From: Curvularia clavata
Lineage: Eukaryota
Direction of reading: 5' to 3'
NCBI GenBank assembly: GCA_023920165.1
Contig: CP089280.1
Span: 1,612,001-1,676,000, forward strand
Length of the DNA: 64,000 nucleotides
A program made the translations under genes and the position numbers. Position 1 is the first letter of the stretch. Every line of letters starts with the position of its first letter. The notes beneath the pieces are model-generated. The model had not been told where the DNA came from and made no database searches. It saw nothing but the letters and a program-made list of their open reading frames with translations. Shown here one piece after another: positions 36,104-47,407 of this stretch.

Positions 36104-37069
36104 ATGAAGCTTTCTCTCCTCGCCTCCGGTGCCGCCCTTGCGCAGCTCGCTTCTGCCCACTACTTCTTCGAGACTCTCATCATTGACAACAAGGAGACCA
36201 AGCCTTATGAGTTCGTTCGCCAGAACACTCGTAACGAGAAGTACAACCCCACCAAGTGGAAGAACCCTCTCGATGGCATGACCCCCGATGTCAACGACTT
36301 CCGTTGCAACAAGGGCGCTTTCTCCTCCGCAAGCCGTACCGGCGTTGCTGAGGTCAAGGCTGGCTCCAAGCTGGCCATGAAGCTCGGTGTCGGTGCTACC
36401 ATGAGGCACCCTGGCCCTGCCTTTGTCTACATGTCCAAGGCTCCTGGCTCCGTTAAGGAGTACGAGGGTGATGGCGAGTGGTTCAAGATTTTCCAGAGCG
36501 GTCTCTGCACCAAGGGTGACATCAAGGGTGACGCCTGGTGCACTTGGGACAAGAACAACATTGAGTTCGTTATCCCTGAGGACCTTGCTGCAGGCGAGTA
36601 CCTCGTCCGCCCTGAGCACGTTGGTGTCCACGGTGCCCACGACGGCCAAGCCGAATTCTACTACGGCTGCGCTCAGATCAAGGTTACTGGTGGTGGCAAC
36701 GCCGTTCCCAAGGATACCATCAAGTTCCCCGGTGGCTACAAGAAGACCGACCCCTCCTGGAACTTCAGCGTTTGGGGTGGATACAAGGACTACCCCTTCC
36801 CTGCGCTCCCTGTCTACAAGGCCGGCAGCGGCAGTGCTGCTCAATCTCCTGCTACTCCTACCCCTGCTACCCCCAGCCCATCCTCTTCCCCGGTTCCTTC
36901 TTCCCCTGTTGCTCAGCCCGAGACTACTCAGCCCGAGACTACTCAGCCCGAGGCTTCCCAGCCTGCTCAGCCCGTTGCTCAGCCCAGCACCCCGGCTCAG
37001 AAGCCCAAGTGCAACGGCAAGAAGACCAGGCGCGGTCGCCGTGCTTTCCGCGAGACTCTCCGCAAGTAA
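36104..37069 (+). CDS. AA9 lytic polysaccharide monooxygenase with disordered C-terminal region, intronless, 321 aa
   Basis: Signal peptide then His1 (ASA|HYFF), DFRCN, HPGPAFVYMSKAP, WFKIF, GEYLVRPEHVGVHGAH, AEFYYGCAQIKVTG, FPGGY. P/S/T/Q-rich tail. Strong codon bias. Confidence 0.95.
   Translation: MKLSLLASGAALAQLASAHYFFETLIIDNKETKPYEFVRQNTRNEKYNPTKWKNPLDGMTPDVNDFRCNKGAFSSASRTGVAEVKAGSKLAMKLGVGATMRHPGPAFVYMSKAPGSVKEYEGDGEWFKIFQSGLCTKGDIKGDAWCTWDKNNIEFVIPEDLAAGEYLVRPEHVGVHGAHDGQAEFYYGCAQIKVTGGGNAVPKDTIKFPGGYKKTDPSWNFSVWGGYKDYPFPALPVYKAGSGSAAQSPATPTPATPSPSSSPVPSSPVAQPETTQPETTQPEASQPAQPVAQPSTPAQKPKCNGKKTRRGRRAFRETLRK
36911..36985 (+). repeat. 15-bp tandem coding repeat (QPETT units) in the AA9 linker
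   Basis: CAGCCCGAGACTACT x2 followed by CAGCCCGAGGCTTCC and further GCTCAGCCC units. Confidence 0.85.
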
Positions 37070-37444
37070 ATGCGGGGTGCTTTGATTTCACCGAAGACAT
37101 GGGTCTGACGTGGGGAAGACGGAAATGAGACTTCTTGGAATGGAAAATGAACAGTTGGACTATTCCTTTGCACTTATCATACATATTCATTCTTTGGCGG
37201 CGGTGCTGCTTTGTACATATTACAATACCAGACATACCCTTTCAATGGGCTTTGATCCATTTTTTCTTCTTCATGATCCTTTTGATCTATCTACCGTGAG
37301 GACTTCTGTAACTTGATAGCAATAACATGAGTAGCGTATCTAACCCGCTCGAACACTTTCCCTTAAAAAAACATGGCTCTACTGAACGAGAAACGTGAAT
37401 GGTCTTCCGGCACATTGGATCTTTCAGACCAAGCCCCGAGATCT

Positions 37445-38320
37445 TCAGGAAGAAGGCACATACTCCCCACCATCGACCTCACTTTCAGTCTCATCTTCTT
37501 CTTCGTCATCCTCATCATGATGCTCTACCCTTGAACTTCTCTCCTGGCTTCTCATCGCCGCATTTAACTTCCACTTGTTCTCCTTTTCACGGGCAGTCAG
37601 GCCCCTCTTCTTGCTCTGCCTCGTCTTCAAACCCTTGAGATGCCCTGCAGCCCTCCGAACATCTGCCTCGTCCGCATGCGGTCCAGCCTTGATCTCTGCT
37701 TGCGACTTGCCAACCCACCACTGCGGATCATGGATACCTGGTAGATCGCCTTCAGCGACCCAATCTGGGCGCGGGATGCCTATCTCGAATAGCTCAAAGA
37801 AAGGCGCCGAAGCGACGAGGGTGCCGTAGCTGCAGAGTAGAGTGAGAGCCTCGCGTGTCGACTCATCTGTGGTGTCGATTTGGAAACGCGTATTTTGCAT
37901 GATGCGCTCGCAGAGGGCTTGTTGGCGTTCCATATACGCCACACCAAGGCGGATGCGGTCAAGAAGATGGTCAAGAAGGTAGTCAAGAAGTTGGTCTGCC
38001 TCCGTATCCTCCGCGTCTGAAAATTCAGTGACCTCGTCGTCAGTCTCCTCGTCGTCAGTGTACGCTTCAACATCTGCGTCGTAAGCGTCTTCGTTGTCGG
38101 TATCTGACTCGACCGACGATTCGCTGGCTGGGGAGGCGGCTGAGGTTGGAGACGAGTAATGGACAGGTTGATTTTGAGCCCGTGGTGGAGGTGAAGAGAG
38201 TTTAGGGTTCGGTATCGATGCACTATTCTTCTTTGCGCGTTTGGCTGGCGGCAGCGAAACCAGTTCATCAGAAGCTCTACGCTTCTCAGGGTTGGATCTC
38301 ATGGATCGAGTGCGAACCAT
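37445..38320 (-). CDS. Hypothetical protein with NLS-like basic patches and acidic tracts, about 291 aa
   Basis: Likely start MVRTRSMRSNPEKRR..PPAKRAKK within a 360-aa ORF whose upstream part is AT-rich and not protein-like. No domain recognised. Confidence 0.65.
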   Translation of the reverse strand: MVRTRSMRSNPEKRRASDELVSLPPAKRAKKNSASIPNPKLSSPPPRAQNQPVHYSSPTSAASPASESSVESDTDNEDAYDADVEAYTDDEETDDEVTEFSDAEDTEADQLLDYLLDHLLDRIRLGVAYMERQQALCERIMQNTRFQIDTTDESTREALTLLCSYGTLVASAPFFELFEIGIPRPDWVAEGDLPGIHDPQWWVGKSQAEIKAGPHADEADVRRAAGHLKGLKTRQSKKRGLTAREKENKWKLNAAMRSQERSSRVEHHDEDDEEEDETESEVDGGEYVPSS

Positions 38321-39112
38321 CGTGTTGAATGAACAGGAGATTGGATAGTGAACGGAGTTGTGAGATGTATTTGAGTCGTTGACAAAGTTGAAGAAGTAGT
38401 AGTATAACGAGTTTGTCTGGGATCTCTTGAGATTGATGATATATAGAGTATAGGAAGGATTGAGTTGATTCATTGTGTATATACTACAACAGAGCGTTGC
38501 TGTCACAATAACAAGTACTTTCACCATGTCATGTAAATTGTGATGACTTGCTGAGCACGGACAATTTCGTTTGCAATGCTATTGTGGAATGAAATCCAGG
38601 GCAATTCAAAGATGTGAGCGTATTGTACTCTGACAACAGTTACAATAGCAAGTGTATTCATCTGTTTTCGCGTCCATCTCTGTATCGAGTTCAAAATGTT
38701 GAAAATCTAAAGCTAATGTCTTTCAACCATGATGATGCGCTACAATTCAATATGCATTCTTAGACACGCTCAATAAAGACACCCTAGCTTAATCGGTCTC
38801 TAAATCTTCTCTAGAATACGTCCTATATTTCTTTGATTGGGTAGCATATCATTCGTATGACTCCAAATCAATCGCTCATCACATAGACTAACTGCCGAGT
38901 CTTTTGCTCACTTCCACAAGCTATGCACGCCTCGTACACTTCACCTCAGCTCCATAGCGACCATTCTCACGGAAAAACAATAGCAATTAATCAACACAAA
39001 TCATCATTGTCATTATCAAATTTACGTCCAATATTTACAATACCCTCCTACACTCCGCCAACCCCCTCTCAGTCCCATCAAACGCCACACTCCCTTACTC
39101 CTCTCCCTTCCG

Positions 39113-39570
39113 CTACAAGCAGGAATCCACCTGCTTAACCTCCTTGCACCCATCCTTACCCAGCTGCCATTGATCACAGAGGGTATCGCACACCACTCCT
39201 GGCGCGACAAACACTCTTCCCTCCTGACTGGGATCTCCCTTTGCGTTTCCGACCCATGGAAGACGCCACTGCTTGCTTGTGTCTTCAGGCTTGACGTTCG
39301 TCGCACCTGTTTAAGATTAGCACACTGCGTATCCTTTTGCCCAGCATTTGTAAGAAGACGAGGGAGGGACATACGGTATCCGGCGCGGCAAGCACAGTAG
39401 TAAGGCTTAGGCGCGCCGTTATGTCCCCAGTCCAAAATGCACGAAGTTGTAATGTGGCACTTATTGAGGGTCGGGCGGTAGTCACATGTCGGGCAGGTTG
39501 CTGGGGATGTAGTGGGATTGGCGAAGGCGAAGGAGAAGAGAGTGAGAAGGGCGATGGAGGTGGTCTTCAT
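39113..39570 (-). CDS. Small secreted cysteine-rich protein (129 aa, 10 Cys), effector-like, 2 exons
   Basis: Signal peptide MKTTSIALLTLFSFAFA. Intron 39374-39307 (GTATGT..GCTAAT..CAG) gives ...YCACRAGYRATNVKPEDTSKQWRLPW..QEGRVFVAPGVVCDTLCDQWQLGKDGCKEVKQVDSCL*. Confidence 0.88.
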
Positions 39571-40628
39571 TGTTATTGTGTTATTGAGAAATTTTCAACG
39601 TTAGCTTGTGTGGGTGTGCGTTTGTCTTGCTGGATGGGGTTTCTTCGTTTGCATGGTGAGAGGGGGATATATATGTCAATAAGAGGAGGTATTCAATGGT
39701 TCTGGTGGCTATTTTTAGCAAGAATACGATTATTTTGAGGTTTTTGTCATGCTGGCGGTAGTGATGGCGTCGGTGGAGGGTAGAGCCGGTGAAGCTGACT
39801 GCCGCAGAGATATTGCTCGTATGGCTTAGTTCCCGTATCAGCTTCTTGGAACAAGTATTGAATTTGCTATACTAAAGGTGAATGATCGTATGAGCTGGCG
39901 GAGATGTTTGGGGTGAAGATGCATTGGAGCTGCCACTATCCGATTGGTTCAGCAAGACTACTGTCAATTCACAATGTCAGCAGTCTACCAAAGTTTTCTG
40001 TCTACGATCATGCAAGCGGCAAGAGCAATTTTACTTCGTGAGATCATTGAGCATGTCAAAAGAAGTTCACGAATAGAGCTCGAGACTACTATGTATAAAG
40101 TTTGGCATCAGAAATAACCTGACAAGCGACGGATACGTCGGCCAAAAGAAACATTCCAAGTCCTCCATCGCCATGATAAGTGGCGCTCCATTCCCAAGCA
40201 AATACCATCGTATTTCTACGCCACTTTCCAGAAAATCGAGTATTGGCGATGGTACTGTATGGTAATGGAAATGCGCAGTGACTGTGCCGACAAAGGGCGC
40301 CACTGAACCGTCGGTTGGACCCTTGATCATGCGATCTCGTGTTTCCCCGCCTTTCTGGCTCAAGGGTCCAGCTTGGGACTAGACAACACGAGTGTAGTGT
40401 AAAAATGCGTCTTTTACGGACAGGTAGCGCAACTTATTCTTAGACGGTCAATCATGTTTTGAGAAAGACATGCATATAGTATGCATGTGATTTAGGAAAA
40501 GCGAAAAAAGTATGTATTCAATGAGGTGTGATGTAGAATACGAATGGTTCACACCGCTAAGCTCCAAACGCCAATGCTTGCCCTCTCCGTGTTGTCGTGT
40601 TTTTGTGAATGAACTGGTCGTGATCTCA

Positions 40629-41794
40629 TTATCTCTTGCCCTTCTTGAGCACTAGACCTTTCCAGCCCTTGCTGTCTTTGATACGGCGTAGCGCCTTGCT
40701 CGCTACTGGATCCTTGGCCAGCTCATCCAAGCAGGCCTTCTTTTCTTCTTCAGTCTCGTGCTCATGGAACTCACACCATTCTTTCTCCATCTTTGGCCGC
40801 TCGCCTCTCGCTAGCATGGTGACTAGCTCGAATAGGAACGCTTGTGGAAGCTGACTTCGTAAAGGAATCGTACGCTCATCATCGCGATCGGGATTCCAAT
40901 ACACAGAGTACATGTCCAGAAAGTACCTGCAGAGTGGTGCGTCTGGAGGGAGGCTCTCGTATGCGGCAATGACATTGCTGTGGTCTGGCATGACCTGCAA
41001 GATCTCGTCGTTTGTTTGCCATGCGAGAATAACAGCGCGGCTTAATTTGGGGATGGAGTATTTGTGGGCGAAAACATAGAGTGATATGAAGCGTCGCTCT
41101 AGAAATCCTTCCAATCCCCTCCACTTGTAGGGTCGTGAACAGCATGGGCACAGTGTCTCCTTGGGCAACTCAGGCTTCTCTGCCGGGTTACGAGGGGGCA
41201 ATACCACGGGTGGCTTCTCGGCTTCAGCTTCCCCTGGCACCTTCTCTGCACTGGCTGCTGTCGGGCTAGGTGCACTTGTTGGTTCTGTGGCGGCTGATGC
41301 ACCATCTGCAGCTGTGTCATCTTCTAGAGCGATGCCCCAGGAGGCGGTATCCACATCGTCAGCATCGCCTGATTGCTCCGTGGAATGTGTGCTATCACTC
41401 CCATTGACATTGACTGCATGTGTCGGAGGGTGGACTTCCTTGCCGCCTTCAATCAAGTGATGTGGAATGAATCCGGTGTAAAGCCAAAGCATGAATGCGT
41501 CAAAAACGTCTGGGCTGGTGTCATCCAGTTCGAGTGTAGTATTCGAGCTACTGTAAGGCGAGTCGCTCTTCTCTTCTAAGCATGTGCTGAAGTATGTTGA
41601 GCATCTTCGCAAAAGTTCGCGATGGCAGCTGAAAGATTCAGGGTATTCCTTTCCACCAACTTTGACAGTGATGATTGTTTGGTCAAAGTTCCTAAGTCGG
41701 ATTAGTCATTCAGTTAACCACAATTCTGGTTCAGCATAACTTACCTGAATGTGTGGCCGAGCGTGGTCGCTCCCTTGGAGTTCATGAAAGGCAT
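40629..41794 (-). CDS. BTB/POZ domain protein, 2 exons, about 370 aa
   Basis: IITVKVGG..FSCHRELLRRCSTYFSTCL..LELDDTSPDVFDAFMLWLYTG, LYVFAHKYSIPKL, WCEFHEH motif typical of fungal BTB proteins. Intron 41744-41692. Confidence 0.88.
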
Positions 41795-42738
41795 TTTGAT
41801 GAGATAGTCTGGTTCCATTCATCGCGAACCCACTGTGGAAAATCCCAACTATTATATCCTCACAACTAAGGTGGCGCACAAGGAGTACTGTAGTGTTGGT
41901 TTCAGCGTCTGTACCAGCCCCATCTTGGCGTTGGAGCTTGCAACGGTTTAATGCTTGTAAGAGCTTCGGTTCAATAGGAGAAAAGGCTTGAGTGGAGAGT
42001 CGAATTGCTTGATTGAAACACGCGCACGCAATACAGCGAGTGACGGCTGGGCATTTCTCAGCGATCTTCTAACGAAGTAGGGTTGGTGCGAATACGTGCG
42101 GGAAAGGATGGGTTTGAGTGATGTTTCATAATACTTGGCGGGGGTGAGTTGCCTCAACGAGCGCCTGACTTGGCTAAGGCGTGCCTGCCCATAGAGTATG
42201 TGCTAACACTGGATTTACCCCTTCTACGCCTTTTTGAAATATTGTTGCTGATTCAATTGGGCGTTGGTGGCTAGAATTACTGTGTATGTACGCTGACTTG
42301 GATCGCGTTGCGCCCTTTGTGGGGCGCCGTGTCTGAGGCGTCGTGTCTAGACCCAGTCCATCTCGACATCGCTACTGGCCAGATAAACTTCACCCTCACC
42401 AACCAAAAACACTACACTCAACATCCACCCTGTATGGGTGCCTCGTAAACCCGGAAATGAGCGAAACGCGATGTTTCATCTAAGTTGTGCTTCCTTGTGA
42501 TTCTTGTGAACAGTGTGCATCCGTTGCAGCCTTGATACGTAGGCGTAGCTACAACACGTTCACGCGTCACAGGTCCATATACTTTCTCAATCAAACTTTG
42601 GAGCGATATGCACCAGGGTTTCGTTGCAGCACCAAATCCAGGTAGAAAGGCCCAAAAATGATCTGTGAGTGCCGTTTGCGGGGGAGAATGAGTTCGGTAT
42701 GGTCGCAGGCACAGAACGGAGGATGAGAGGTTGAGGCG

Positions 42739-42766
42739 AGGCATGGCATGGCATGGCATGGCATGA
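42739..42766. repeat. (GGCAT)n pentanucleotide microsatellite
   Basis: About 5 tandem GGCAT units just 3' of TRM3. Confidence 0.85.
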
Positions 42767-42824
42767 TAGTTCAAATCTATGGGTGCGAAAAGCGGGTATC
42801 GCGTAAATCTTCCCCGGTCGTCTT

Positions 42825-45800
42825 CTAACTAGTCCCTTGACCCCATTCTCTCCACCACTCATAGAGCGCGATACCGCCAGCCGTTTGTACGTCTGAAGAC
42901 CCCATGTTAGTATATACGCATCGACAGGTTTCCGTAGAGTCGAGACTTACTGAGACTCCTTGTTACACCCACAGTCTTGATCTCCACATTACGATCAATG
43001 ACAGCCAGAACCTCAGCCGAGATGCCTTCTTTCTCGCTTCCGAGCACCAAACAACACTTTCTAGGAAGTGTGCCAATGTCTTGATGGCGCACGACTTCAA
43101 TCGTGTCTCCAGAATCGCCTATGTATGCGCCATCGACGCCTTCATAGCCCAATATGCCACTACGGTCGGTTTGTTCGATACCTACGACCTCGTAACCCTG
43201 GCTCTTTGCTTCCAGTAGGAATGTAGGAACATCCACCTCTTTCAGCTCTTTGATAGCAAGGTGTTTCTCTGACCTTACGCTCGTGGCCTTGAAGTCCTTA
43301 TGCGCAACCTTTTTGAGATCGTCAATGTACAAAGCCTCTAGCCCAAACGACTCAGATATGCGTGAGAGGCCACCAAGATTTGTGGGATTGTCGATCAAGG
43401 AAGCAATGAGCATCACGGACGCGGGGCGCTGGTTTTGAGTGCTTGGTGGGCCGCTAACTGGATGAAGGTTGTCTAGGTCGATGCCGGCTTTGGTTTGCAG
43501 CGTGATCTGGCCGGTTTGATCTTCAGTAGATGCGGCTTGGCGAGGCGTGGATGCTGGTTTGTCGCTGGCACTCTGCCCTTCTGGGGCTGTGCCCAACTGT
43601 ACGCGTGCAGGAGGACATGCGACATGTGCCGCCTGATCGTCCAATTCGATCTGCTTAAAGTCATCATATGTAACCGGCTCGTCCTCTGGAGATTCGATCG
43701 AAAGATATCGTCCTTGAAAGATGCCCACCATCGTAAATTCAGTTTCAATATCGACTCTCAACGTTCGGATTGTCCATGGTGAAGCGCTGAACTTATCGAG
43801 ACGTCGGATGAAGGCATTCATAGCCTTAAGCGCAGGGTTTTCGATGATACTCTTCCAGCCTTTTTCGGTCGCAAGGTCAAATACTAGCGGGAAAGCAAAG
43901 TTAGCTTCGTGGCGTATCTGAACTTTTGGACTCGCTGAGTATGCATTGAGTTCCATCATAAGTCTAGCAGCAAAGTCTTCGGACTCGTAGGGTGCGACTA
44001 AAAGGCCAAGCTTGATCAGGCTGGCAATGTGCATAGGTCTGTATTCGTCCAGATTCTGCAGCTGCTTTATGATTCTTGAGGATTCGCCTGGGAACTGATG
44101 GTAAATGCGAGCTATGGTCCACTCAAGCAAGTAGCGATAACGTGGCCATGACTCTAGTGTCAGGGCATGTGTGAGTCCGTCTAGGTACATATTTGCATCT
44201 GACTGAGTGATGCAAAAATGGCTGAGTATCAACATTGCCTGTAACTGCAGAGTTTGTTTCCAGGGGCTTTTGACGGCGACTGGTGGTTGTTGGTCTCTCC
44301 AAGGTTGTAGTAAGCGGTTCAGTATGCTCCTGGCAACATTGAGCTGGCCATCTGGAAATCGCCGCAAGATATCCAAAACAGCAGTATAGGCGTGCCACTC
44401 TCGTAATCCATAGTATGAGGTGTATGTTCGGTGTGGTAGGAATCGTTGCAGTCTCTCCGCAGCTACAACCTCGAACAGGAACTCTGGTTTGATGGAGGCG
44501 GGATCGTTTACAAAGTCCAAGATGTACTCCTCAAAAGGAAGAATGCTAGTTATTGATGGATTTGCAAAGGCAGCTTTCCTCAGTGACCTAGCAAGTGTTG
44601 CGAGTACATATGATCTACCCTTGGATAACCTCGTGAGCCGGGCCATCGCTTTAGACAGAAGGGTTGTAAGATCTATGGCGGCTGTTTCATCGTCTTTTTG
44701 GTGATGCGCTACACATATGTTGATGCATGTGGGGTGGAACATCAAAGGCGGAATGTGGACAGCGAATGGCCGAATAAAGTCGCGGATTTCAGCCTCCTCC
44801 CAAAGAGCCGCCAACGCGGTATGCACTTCATCTGGGTTGGCAGAACTGGCATCCATCTGGTCAAGCAACTTGACCAAGGCTTTACAGGCTGGCGCGAAGG
44901 CTTGACCTTGAATGCAGCTGTGCTTAGACTCATGAAGATTCTGCAAGAAAAGCTGCAATGACAGCGGCTGGTCAATGTTCGCAGTTGGAATTGGGGTCGA
45001 CTGATCCACTTGTTGTTCTAAATTCTTACACCGAGCACGGAGGGACTCCTCAGCTGGAAGTAATTCAGACCTCGTGTCAGGATGAATAAGGTTACAGAGC
45101 TTTTGGCAGTGGATACCATGCAGATCGCTCGTGACTTCAGGGAGTCCCGGAAGTCGTGCAAGGCTCAAAATCTCTGCGACATCGGATGATTCGAATTTAT
45201 GATCTGTTGGAGATTTTTCGTATCGTGCTGTTAGACCTGTTATAAGGCCATCCATCAGGTACAGTATCGCAGGCTGAAATAAACGGCCACGAGCGTTCAT
45301 GATAAATCGAACTACACCTAATAAGATAGTGCGACCACGGCGATTGTCCACACCGACTTCTTGTGCCCCATAATCATTCGATGGAACAAAACATGGGCTG
45401 TCCTCAGTATCGGCCGCAAACCGGGAGATGACCGTAGCTAAAGCCTCTCCGTGGGCACAAACGGTCCTTGTACGGGTGGCAGTAAGGGTTGATGTGAAGA
45501 GACTTCCGTCTGTTGCCCATGGGAGGAAACCATCGAAGAGAAAGTGTATGTGGCCACTTATATCACCACGACGCTAGTGGAATACAATTAGTGTTTTCAG
45601 AATCTCCATACAACGATGTCGCTTTTTGACAATACAGATCTCTGCTTACCTGGATAACAAAATCCATATACCAGCGGCCTATCGTCTTTCTGACACTTTC
45701 CTGGATTAGCGGGTCGAGAGCTGCAGTAAGCAGAGTGGTCGTCATTGCAGGTGTGATCCTTGACGGAAGCGCATTTGAGGATCCAAGTAGTCTGGTCATT

Positions 45801-46753
45801 GACGAGAGAGAATCTTCCACTTGCCCAGTGTAGCGATGCAGGACGATCGTCTCGAACAAGGTTGAATAGAGATCATAATTTTCTCGGTCCACATTGGTTG
45901 CCGCGTATTGGATCGTTGGAGTGTCGATATGATCAGTTGTAGCAAGGAGGGACTGTCGGATGATGCCAAGGCAGTACTTGCGCTGATCTGCATGGCCCTT
46001 GACGAGACCGAGCCTCAGTTTCTTCCAGTATTGTTCGTCCTTGACACACTGGAACACGAGACCACTGGAGGCTGCCAGGGAAATCCATTGGAACCATGTC
46101 CTGTAGATATTGCTCGATCTAGCAGCAAAATGTTTCACATCAAGGGTGCTGAGGCGAGTCCATAATGTCTCGTTGACCGTTTGATCGAGTTGAATGGATG
46201 AGGTTGCTCTCCTGCTATTCTTCAATAACGAAAAAAAAGCTGATAAAGTTTCGTGTACAGCCTCGTCTAACCCATCAATGCCGAGGAAGCTTGATAGAAA
46301 ACCCAGGGTTTCAGTGTCGACCAAGTGCTCTTGTGCCCCAGGGACCCAGAAGCAGCATTTTAGAAAGTGGAGATAGTTCTTTGCAGCCTCGAGGGCTTCG
46401 AGATTTCCAGATGAAAGGTCTCTCTCTTTTTGGGACAGGGCAGCATAAAGCCTATTTTTAAAAGGAGCTGTTACAGGCGATTCGTGGTTGAGGCATAACT
46501 CTGCGACCGTGTAGAGATGATTTGAGGACGATTCGCCCACAAGGCGGCTCAAAACGATGTCCCACAACTGCTCATGCTGCGAAGTAGCTTCAGATTCACC
46601 ATCAGTTCCGTGAGTAGGCAGGAGTCGAAGGCAGATGTCGAGTGCGTTTATATCGATACCATGCGGTGCGGCTTTGAGCTTGGCAAGGCTGGCGTCAAAG
46701 GCAGCGTGCCGAGTGTGCTCGTCCAGCAGGCTCAGCACCGCAGCAGTAGCCAT
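42825..46753 (-). CDS. TRM3: tRNA (guanosine-2'-O)-methyltransferase, SpoU family (Trm3/TARBP1-like), 3 exons
   Basis: Large helical N-terminal region plus C-terminal SpoU domain: LIASLIDNPTNLGGLSR..E.FG, VVGIEQT, LVLGSEKEGI, EIKTVGVTRSLNV. Introns about 45649-45574 and 42950-42893. Confidence 0.88.
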
Positions 46754-47407
46754 GTCAAGAGGAGACTCCGTCAGCGGGACCGTGCAATGGGCAGAGCTGA
46801 CGTTCTTGACAATGCGGTGTAACGCTGTTGGGGAATTTCCGTTGCTGTTCTAGAGGATGACAAGTGTGGCCAGTCACGTCTCTGCTGCGAATTTTTTTTA
46901 GTCGCTACGGCGCCTGCGTGCCCAACGAACGATTGACATGGCTAGCCCATGGGAAACTGGCGGTATACAACTCGACTTGCTTCTGCCGGTGAGTACCCTC
47001 TTTGGTCAATTCGAGTTACTTTTGCATATGAAGGGTCGTGGTGTTTCTTATTCTGTATCCAGAATGACGTAGTAGAGGGATGGTTCATTCCTAAGCCCAC
47101 AAGCAAGGGATGCGCTGCCCGATTTCTTTTTGGAAACGGACGGCTTTGGGACGGCCTGTAGATGGACAGGGCTGCAGTCATGGTATATCCCTCTACTCTG
47201 GCCGTGATCACCGTCATGGTGGATGGAGATGATCGCACCGTCGTCGTCGTTCCCGTCGCGTCGCCCTGTGACGGGGCGCGGAGCGTGGGGTGCCAAGCAG
47301 TGACGTGGTATCGCACCTAGCAACGCGTGTTGACCAGCCCCAAACATTGGCCCTCGAGTCATTGGCAGGCGCGATCCGTGCACAGCTGCTCAACACCAGC
47401 TACTGCC

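Noticed and set aside
35738..36844. 368-aa antisense ORF over the AA9 gene
   Set aside because: Shadow ORF from strong C-ending codon bias on the sense strand; no domain recognisable.
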